A stretch of DNA of 62,968 nucleotides, the filler included, from Octopus bimaculoides (taxonomy: Eukaryota), in the NCBI RefSeq assembly GCF_001194135.2. It is 6 parts of 6 records of this genome, joined end to end, with 100 filler letters (N's around TTAATTAATTAA, not from the genome) between each part and the next. Parts side by side here need not be neighbours in the genome. Positions count along the whole stretch, not along the records: positions 44,359 to 60,771 come from NC_068986.1; positions 60,872 to 62,968 come from NC_068987.1; 4 more parts are not named here. One strand, written 5' to 3'. Positions within the stretch are counted from its first letter, which is position 1, and the number at the start of each line of letters is the position of its first letter. The notes below the pieces were generated by a model. The model was not told the origin of the DNA. It saw only the letters and a list, made by a program, of their open reading frames with translations, and did no database searches. The position numbers and the translations under genes were made by a program. Positions 54,205 to 62,968 of the stretch are shown one piece after another.

Positions 54205-54362
54205 CTACGCACGTATACAAATTCCACTCGAAAGGTTTCAAACAGCCAGGGTCTATACTAGAAGAACTTGCTCAAGGTAACACACTGTGTTACGGAACGT
54301 GGAACTATGTGGTTAAGAAGCAAATTTTAAGAAGTAAACTTCTTACTAAGCAGCCACGCTTG
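54205..54362 (-). mobile_element. Old SINE family B 5' fragment
   Basis: CAAATTCCACTC...CTATACTAGAAGAACTTGCTCAAGG...GGAACTATGTGGTT. Confidence 0.5.
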
Positions 54363-54911
54363 CGCGCGCTCTCTCTCTCTCTCTGGGGTTTTGAACCGGA
54401 GAATTAAAAATCACCTTATACAAACTAATGGAATGCATTACATACAGTACTTTATAGTTTAATCTAATCTTATTGATTTTGCCCGTCACTTCGCATTTAC
54501 ATACATGTGTGTAATGAGTATACTTAGATGTGATTAAATGCTGAGATTGCAGATGAAATCTCCCCATAGCTTTTCTCACAATAGTAAATAACTAATCGCT
54601 TACTTTAATGCAATTATCACAAAAGGTTAATTTGTGAGTGGAAAAAAAATTTAATTTCAAAATTGAAATTATTTATTTATTCATTATTATTATTTTTTAA
54701 TTTAATACTTCCCTGCAGCAAACGAAAATCATACAACAAAAGACATACAGACGCATAGATATTAACTCACGCATAGAAACACTCACTTTAATACAAATGT
54801 TATAAAGGAAAGTAAACTCGGAACTGAAGCAAGCATTGTATATTGACAGCCAGTGGAATTTAATGTAAAATATATACGCAGTTATTTAAGCAAACACAAA
54901 TAGCTATTTGT

Positions 54912-54984
<73 letters not shown>

Positions 54985-55654
54985 GGAAAGAGATTACAGA
55001 CATGACTGCATGGTAAAATAGTTCGCTTTGCAAACACGATGTTAGGTGTTCAATCGCAAACGTGTGGAGTCTCGGTCAATTAAATTAGATTGAATCAATT
55101 AAAATATTTTTTTTTGTCAGCAACATAAAGCTCTCTTATGTAATTCACTATGAAGTTCAGTAACGATAACACCCACCCGCACCCTTTTTAGATATATTAA
55201 TTACTAATAGAAGCACAATACTAGAAAGAGGTGTATATTTTAAACCTACTGTCTCGTGACTATGCCTTTTCTTTTCCATCAAGTCGCTCGAAATACACTC
55301 GATGTAGCATTCCAATGAATTCCGCGAATCGAATGTGCACAGTTGTATGAAACCTTCAAATAAGAGACAGAAGACTACAAGAAATCGCCAAAAAAAAAAG
55401 ATACTAATCAAAAGAAAATATTAAAGAAATCTAGGTTGTTTTCCTATAGATGTAGCGACGGATTTCCTTTTATTTTGCGGCTGTCATTAGTACAAGACAA
55501 AATGAGGGAGAAATGCATTGAATATTCTCGTCTGCGGCTGTTCATCTGATTTTCGTTTGTTACTGTCATATTTTTATTTTTAAACGTGACGCCGGCATGA
55601 GACCTCCTAGCGAATATTGTTTGTAAATTTGCTTTTCCGCGATGTATTTTATCG

Positions 55655-56032
55655 TGGCACTCCGTCGGTTACGACGGAGAGAGTTGCAGTTGATTCGATC
55701 AACGGAACAGCCTGCTCGTGAAATTAACATGTATGTGGCTGAGCACTCTACAGATACGTGTACCCACAACGTGGTTCCTGGGGAAGATTCAGCGTGACAC
55801 AAAGTGTGACAAGGCTTTGAAATACAGGTACAAGAGAAACAGGAAGAAAGCGTGAGAGAAGGTTGTGGTGAAAGGGTACAGCAGGGTTCACCACCACCCC
55901 CTGCCGGAGCCTCGTGGAGCTTTTAAGTATTTTCGCTCAATAAACACTCACAACGACCGGTCTGGCAATCGAAACTGCGATCCTCCGACCGCGTGTCGGC
56001 TGCCCTTACTACTGGGCCATTGCACCTCCACG
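55655..56032 (-). mobile_element. tRNA-derived SINE family C, full length (possibly one of the octopus OR-type tRNA-Arg SINEs)
   Basis: Head GTGGAGGTGCAATGGCCCAGTAG...GTTTCGATTGCC; tail ...CCGACGGAGTGCCA; TSD-like GATGTATTT(T)AT at 55641-55652 and 56032-56042. Confidence 0.85.
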
Positions 56033-56637
56033 ATGTATTTATGTTAAGTATGATACACAGAAGGATACGCAAGCACACTCGCACGCACGCACGCACGCAT
56101 ACACTCACGCATACACACGTGCGTGTATATTTAAGTTCTCTTATGTTCATATCTATCTAAATTCTTTCTGAGAGGAAGGAGCTGGCTTCTAAAAGAGATA
56201 CAAATCTCCTTCTCCTGTTTAGTCAGTGTGATTTTCAGTACAGCTTTTGATGTCTTCTCACGTTTTTCCACATTGCTTCGCTTTAATTCCCTGTGACGAA
56301 TAGCTAAATAGATCATCTAGGAATATTATCGAAAAAACTGACATATTATCCATTAGAATATGTATGTCTCACCTATTTTATTAAAACTGAAATAGCTGTT
56401 GTTGCTTTTCAGCCAAGGGTCAAATGAAAGCGAACAGGTTTATGATCAAATGATTTCCAGTCGTGACTATAAAATATTTTAAGTAGAAAGTAAGACTGTT
56501 TAATCCAATATTTCCTTCCATATTTTTTTTTATATAATTAATTTCTTTACAGGAGATTTGTAGGAACAACTGAAGTGTCTTATTGAGGCTAAATAGTTAA
56601 GATATATCATATCATTATTACATATGATCTTGTCGAA

Positions 56638-56762
56638 CGCAACGAGCTGGCGGAATCGTTAGCTCGGTGGCGAAAAATGATTATTGGCATTTCTACCTAC
56701 TCTTTATATCCGAATACCGCCGACGCTAGCTTTGCCTTTCCTCATTCCAGAGTTGATAGAAT
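56638..56762 (+). mobile_element. Degenerate SINE family A
   Basis: CGAGCTGGCGGAATCGTTAGC head; CTTTGCCTTTC core. Confidence 0.6.
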
Positions 56763-57461
56763 AGATGATTATTTATCTATAAGGGACTAACGCAGAGGGG
56801 ACAGACAAGGATCAGGGTGATCAGCCGAGCGAATGATGAAATAGTTAAAATTTTATATATAATTTAACGAATGGTAAATATGAAGTGATGGAGGCTGTGA
56901 CCCTACAGGCCACAATCCACCACTGAACCTTTTCAGAATCTTTATCTTCTTCCTTAAGAGGACACATCCACTATCAACATGCATCCCAATTTCTTCTATC
57001 TTTTCTTGTATATACTTAGTGGTAGACAACTCCTCTCCAACCATATTTTTCTCTTCAGCTGAGAAACAAGTTTACCAACCCCCAGCTGTAAGACCGCTGC
57101 ATTAAGTGCGTAAACCTGATAGGGATTTATGTTGAATAAAATCGTAATTAACTGATCCTCCTATATTTTTTGTTACCCAAAGCTAGGAACTTTCCAGCTT
57201 CTCCTTGTATAATGTGTGCGCGTCGGTGATTGTGAGCATGTGTGCGTATGTATAATATTATGTACGTGTCCATTTTCCGATTAAGCCTTTCAAGACGGTT
57301 TCCTGGCGAGGCGGTTATCCATTCATTGAAGCAAGAAAGATACCAAAAGCAGCAAAAAAAAAACATCAAAATAGTAACTCATATTAAATTATACAACACA
57401 AATAACTGCATATATTTTATATCGGCATCTAAAGATAACATTCCCCTGATGCATATATCCA

Positions 57462-57683
57462 AGGGCGGCGAGCGGGCAGAAACGTTAGCACGCTGGGCGA
57501 AATGCTTAGCGATATTTCGTCTGCCGTTACGTTCTGAGTTCAAATTCCACCGAGGTCGACTTTGCCTTTCGGGATCGATTAAATAGATACCAGTTACGCA
57601 CTGGGCTCGATGTAATCGACTTAATCCCTTTGTCCTTGTTTCTCCCCTATATGTTTAGCCCCCTGCGAGCAATAAAGAAATAT
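57462..57683 (+). mobile_element. SINE family A, full length
   Basis: GGCGGCGAGCGGGCAGAAACGTTAGC head, GAGTTCAAATTCC B box, AATAAAGAAAT tail; 9-bp TSD ATATATCCA at 57453-57461 and 57684-57692. Confidence 0.9.
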
Positions 57684-58058
57684 ATATATCCATCAACTAC
57701 AAGTCCATCGTTTCTCTCTAATTAGGACACAAATATTTCTCTGCTGTTGAAATCGTCGATGCTACCTTAATCAGACAGTTTCTGTAGGTGAATTATATTT
57801 TAGAATAACTTATTTAGCGCGTAGAGATAATTTATCGATTTGCTGAACTATGTATTTTATTTTTATTCATGATGAAAATTACCAGAAATAATTCTTAATT
57901 AAGGATACGTTTAAAATCCTCGACTTTCTCGGCATGTCTGGTTTAATTCGGCTTCCCTTCGGCATATGCATTTTGGAGATCGTCTTGAGTATTCCAAACC
58001 AATGAAGGAGACATACTTTATTACACACATACTTATATAGGTGTGTGTGTATACAGAA

Positions 58059-58092
<34 letters not shown>

Positions 58093-59388
58093 GGTTAGAT
58101 GGGGAAAGGGTATGCGAGAAAAGAAATGCATAAATAATGCATGTATACACAAATATGATAATATATATCTTAGAAAATCGATGTGAAAGAGAAAAAATAA
58201 ACAATTCCCTCAAAAGCTTCAGCTTCTATACCTAAATGACAAATTCAAATTCATACTAAACATAACTGCTGTTGAAATATGCCTAAGTGATATTCTGGAA
58301 CATCGTGAGTTTTGGGAACAAAAAATGAACCAGCTAACATGCGCTTTACAAGTAAAATCTTTAAGCCGAATAGTAAAAACTATGTAACATTTTTCTCGAA
58401 TGACACCCTGTTTTAGCCATCTACATTCCATCGACGGAGAATTATATGCACCTTATACGTGATGTTCGAGATCAGCGCCGTCTCTCAAGTGTACATTTGA
58501 ATATTACATACATACATACATATNNNNNNNNNNNNNNNNNNNNNNNNNNNNNNNNNNNNNNNNNNNNNNNNNNNNNNNNNNNNNNNNNNNNNNNNNNNNN
58601 NNNNNNNNNNNNNNNNNNNNNNNNNNNNNNNNNNNNNNNNNNNNNNNNNNNNNNNNNNNNNNNNNNNNNNNNNNNNNNNNNNNNNNNNNNNNNNNNNNNN
58701 NNNNNNNNNNNNNNNNNNNNNNNNNNNNNNNNNNNNNNNNNNNNNNNNNNNNNNNNNNNNNNNNNNNNNNNNNNNNNNNNNNNNNNNNNNNNNNNNNNNN
58801 NNNNNNNNNNNNNNNNNNNNNNNNNNNNNNNNNNNNNNNNNNNNNNNNNNNNNNNNNNNNNNNNNNNNNNNNNNNNNNNNNNNNNNNNNNNNNNNNNNNN
58901 NTGTGTGTGTGTGTGTGTGTGTGTGTGTATTTATATATTATGTATGCATGTATATGTGTGCACGTGTATGAGCATGTGTGTTTATACCTTGCAGGAAAAT
59001 AGGGTATACCGTAGAATAGAAGTTGATTAACAACTACCACTTTCAATCATACTTTCGGCAGTTGATCATGTTGAAATTCCAATCTCATTTGTTAAGTTTC
59101 CGATAAACAAAAAACAGATATCGTGAAAAATGAGAAATGTTTGGCATAGCATCGTTATTTGCTCGTCTCAGCGAAATAAGACTGCAAGCCAACAGCAAAT
59201 AAATTTTTAATCACTATATTTAAATTTACCATCGTTGATCAGGAATTGAGAAGTCATGAGGCGATTTGATTATGCACACACATACACACACGTGTGTATG
59301 TGTATATATATATGCATATATATATATGTATGTATACATATATATATGTATATATGCATATATATATATATATGTGTATATATATATA

Positions 59389-59427
<39 letters not shown>

Positions 59428-59765
59428 NNNNNNNNNNNNNNNNNNNNNNNNNNNNNNNNNNNNNNNNNNNNNNNNNNNNNNNNNNNNNNNNNNNNNNNNN
59501 NNNNNNNNNNNNNNNNNNNNNNNNNNNNNNNNNNNNNNNNNNNNNNNNNNNNNNNNNNNNNNNNNNNNNNNNNNNNNNNNNNNNNNNNNNNNNNNNNNNN
59601 NNNNNNNNNNNNNNNNNNNNNNNNNNNNNNNNNNNNNNNNNNNNNNNNNNNNNNNNNNNNNNNATATATATAATATATATGTGTATGCGTGCATATATAA
59701 TATATGTGTGTGTATGTGTGTGTGTGTGTGCGTGTGTGTGTACGTGTGTGTGTATAATTACTGTT

Positions 59766-59965
59766 GTTAGCACACGGGGCGAAATGCGTACCGGCATTTC
59801 CACTGTCTCCTTGTTCTGAGTTCAAATTCCGCCGTTGGTCGACTATACCTTTCATCCTTTCCGGGTTGGTAAAATAAGTATGAGTCGAGTACTGGTGGTC
59901 GATATAATCGATTTACCCCCGCCCGAGAAATTTCTAGCCTTCTGCCAAAATCTGAAACCATTATA
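59766..59965 (+). mobile_element. SINE family A, slightly 5'-truncated
   Basis: GTTAGCAC...GGGCGAAATGC...TTCTGAGTTCAAATTCCGCC...CCTTTCATCCTTTCCGGG. Confidence 0.8.
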
Positions 59966-60089
59966 TATAAAAGGTAATCAGCAGGTAAATTCTGTGTGCA
60001 ATAAAAAAATCTTCTCTTAATTGTTTGCGAATGTTGTCAGTTACCTCTTCACGCAATCCAAGAAGCTTACATTTCTCATTCATCAACTC

Positions 60090-60420
60090 AAACAGTCATC
60101 ATCTTCAGCCAGCCAACAACCCTTGCGAAAGCCATAACTCTTCTCCGTTCCTGAATTCCGATTACCTCCTCGCTTGGATACTCTGAGGAGCGGGGCAACA
60201 TACGAGCACACTGCATTGAGTCTACTGTAGAGTGAATCTTTGATATGGAATGTCAGTTGCTTTTCATGAAAGTAAGCCATCTCCACTGCACAGAGCGTGT
60301 AAGTTTGTAAACAAGAAACTTTTTCTATATTTTGCAAGATTTTCTTTAATTCTGCAGCGACCTCAATACTCTTGGAGCCTGACGGAAATGATGGTGTACC
60401 TGGTTTCGTCACAGATCACT
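60090..60420 (-). mobile_element. Possible decayed LINE (RTE-type) AP endonuclease fragment
   Basis: KDSLYSRLNAV and GNRNSGTEKSYGF loosely resemble the APE segments KD.FY..L..V and G..N.NG..L..F. Confidence 0.3.
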
Positions 60421-60725
60421 CAACCACGTGAGAGATACTATTGGTTACCTAGTAGCAGAAGGAGGCAACATTAATAGCTTCTATCATGATTTCACTTTTT
60501 GTTTAGAGATCTATATAGACGAGTGTAGACACAATATTTAGACACATTCGCAATTGCCCAAACTACAGCTAGTAGCACATCAAAATCTTATAGTTAGAAT
60601 AATAGAAACCTGCAATAGCAATCAATATGTGTAGAATTTTAGCATAGAATACTGGACCAAATGATATGCAATGTTGAATAATACAACGCACTTGCCTTTC
60701 TCTCTGTCTCTCCCTCTGTCTCTCC

Positions 60726-60756
<31 letters not shown>

Positions 60757-61000
60757 TCTCTTTCTCTCTCGNNNNNNNNNNNNNNNNNNNNNNNNNNNNN
60801 NNNNNNNNNNNNNNNTTAATTAATTAANNNNNNNNNNNNNNNNNNNNNNNNNNNNNNNNNNNNNNNNNNNNTATATGTATGTATGTGAGCGTCCAGTAAC
60901 ACAATATCTATATCACGTCCTCGCGTTGTTGTTTTTTTTGTTGTTTTTTTTGTCATTTTCTAGTTTGAACTCACAATATATGTATGTATGTATGTATACA

Positions 61001-62936
61001 TGATGGTGAGAAACTTCTGCAGCAACCTCACTCCTTGTTTGGCAGGATATGGACTAGTGAATCTGTACCTGAGGACTGGAGAGATACGGTAATGGTAGTC
61101 TATAAGGGAAAGGACAACGGAAATGATTGTGGTAACTATTGGGGAGTATCATTGCTTTCTGTCGTAGGAAAGGTTTTATGCAGAGTACTTCTGGATCGTC
61201 TGTTGAAACACGTTGCCGAATGTGTTCTTCCAGAAAGTCAATCTGGCTTTCGTGTGGGACGCGGCACTGCTGTTGTGATCTTTTCAGCTAGACAACTTCA
61301 GGAGAAGTGTATGGGATATGGAACAGGGTTTGAATTTATATTAGCTTTTTGTCGATCTGACAAAAGCCTTTGATACCGTTAATAGAAATGCACTGTGGAA
61401 AGTCCTCCAGGAACGTGGTTGTCCTGAAAAGTTCCTTGCTTTGGTTAGGTCTTTTCATGAAGACATGAAGGGTAGGGTTAAAGTTAGAAGTAAAATGCCT
61501 ATCTCAATACAAAATGGAGTGAAACGGGGGGTATTATGGCACCGACCCTATTTGCCATATATTTTGCGATGTTTTTCTGTATTGCGTTCAGAAACTGCAA
61601 ATATGATATTTACATTCATTATCGAACCTCTGGCAGCATATTTAATATCAGGCGCTTTTGCTGCAAAAACAAAGGTATTTACCAATATCATAAGAGACCT
61701 TTTGTAAGCAGATGATTGTGATTTAGTAGCGCACACAGAGATTGATATGCAACACATTTTGAATGCATTCTCTGATGCTTGCACTGCCTTAGGATTGACA
61801 GTCAGTCTCAAGAAAACTGTTGTCATGTACCAGCCTGCCCCTGGTAAGCAGTATAGTAAACCAAATATCTATGTTTATGGTAGAAGACTTGGTGTAGTTG
61901 ATCAGTTTGTCTACCTGTTAATAGATATAGCAATTTGGACAATGAAATTCCATACAGAATTAGGAAAGCAAGTGATGCTTTCGGAAGGCTAGAAAGGCGT
62001 CTCTGGGGTCGGCGAGACATATTCAGGAAGACAAAGATAAAGGTGTACAAGGCGTGTGTACTCTCTTCTCTTCTTTATGCCTGTGAGACCTGGATCACGT
62101 ATCGATACTACCTTAAACAGCTGGAACGTTTCCATCAGATGTGTCACAGACGGATCTGTGGCATCAAGTGGGAGGACTGCATCAGTGATCTTGAGATATT
62201 GGAAAGCTCTTGGTGTGAAAGTATAGAAGCTCTTGTGTTGAAGCAAAGGCTCAGATGGAGTGGTCATCTGGTCAGGACGAAAGATTGAAGGATTCCAAAA
62301 CAACTCTTTTATGGAGAGTTAGCTAAAGGAGAACGTCCTCCACATAAACCAAAAAAAGAGGTATAAAGACTTGTTGAAGGCTTCCTTAAAAGATGCTAGT
62401 ATCTCTCCTGACACATGGGAGGGCATAGCTATTGACCGTAGCAGGTGGAGAAGGATTGTGTATGAGGGGACAGCTACCTTTGAGAAATCTCGAGTTGTGC
62501 ATGAGAAAGTAAGGAAGGATGTCAGGAAGGGCATCGCTGTTGCACTTCCAGATAGCAAGGGTCTTACTATGACGATAACATGCAGTGTCTGTGCTAGACC
62601 CTGCCTCAGTAAAGCTGGACTCATTTTCGTAGTCAGAAAGCGAAACCGATGTTTGACAACCAGGCCGCTGGTGTTAGTGCAACACGTAATACTAATCATA
62701 TCTGTCAGGGATGTGGAAGGGAATGGAATTCGACGGGAGGACTTAAACGACATGCAAAGGTACATGAAGCCCAATTATAATTACAGCCGGCTATTACCAG
62801 TAAAGGTTTTAGCTGCCAATTCTGTACAAGACATTGTAGATCTTTAGCTGGGCCAAAAAGTCACGTTCGATCACAGCACCGTTAACAGTTAAGCCTCGTG
62901 TAATGGCCATACTCGATAACGAGAGGACAGCCATCA

Positions 62937-62940
<4 letters not shown>
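61001..62940 (+). mobile_element. RTE-clade LINE, 5'-truncated and disabled; RT plus C-terminal C2H2-type fingers
   Basis: PEDWRD..VYKGK, NYWGVSLLSVVGKV, ESQSGFR, FVDLTKAFDTVNR, *ADD (TAA at 61705-61707 replaces Y), LLYACETW, RLRWSGHL, DRSRWR; reading ends TAA 62883-62885; short 3' UTR into (AT)n. Confidence 0.95.

Positions 62941-62968
<28 letters not shown>

Overview
This is an AT-rich, gap-ridden eukaryotic scaffold segment. The SINE families resemble those I recall from Octopus genomes, so the source is probably Octopus (recognised from memory, not by search). I found no host protein-coding exon, rRNA, intact tRNA or CRISPR array; almost all long ORFs in the track are microsatellite or N-gap artefacts. 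The window holds about 20 tRNA-derived SINE copies of three families (labelled A, B, C here) and a 5'-truncated RTE LINE. It also holds three R4/Dong-like 3' ends in TAA arrays, three L1/Tx1-like fragments, Penelope-like (PLE) remnants, a hAT MITE, a mariner fragment and two Helitron-like 3' ends. The best leads are: an RTE ORF ending in three tandem C2H2-type fingers; a minimal hammerhead ribozyme motif in a PLE remnant; a 287-codon frame restored by excising the MITE; TAA-embedded R4 copies; and two head-to-head Tx1 elements that retain only their 5' halves. All family assignments are by eye.
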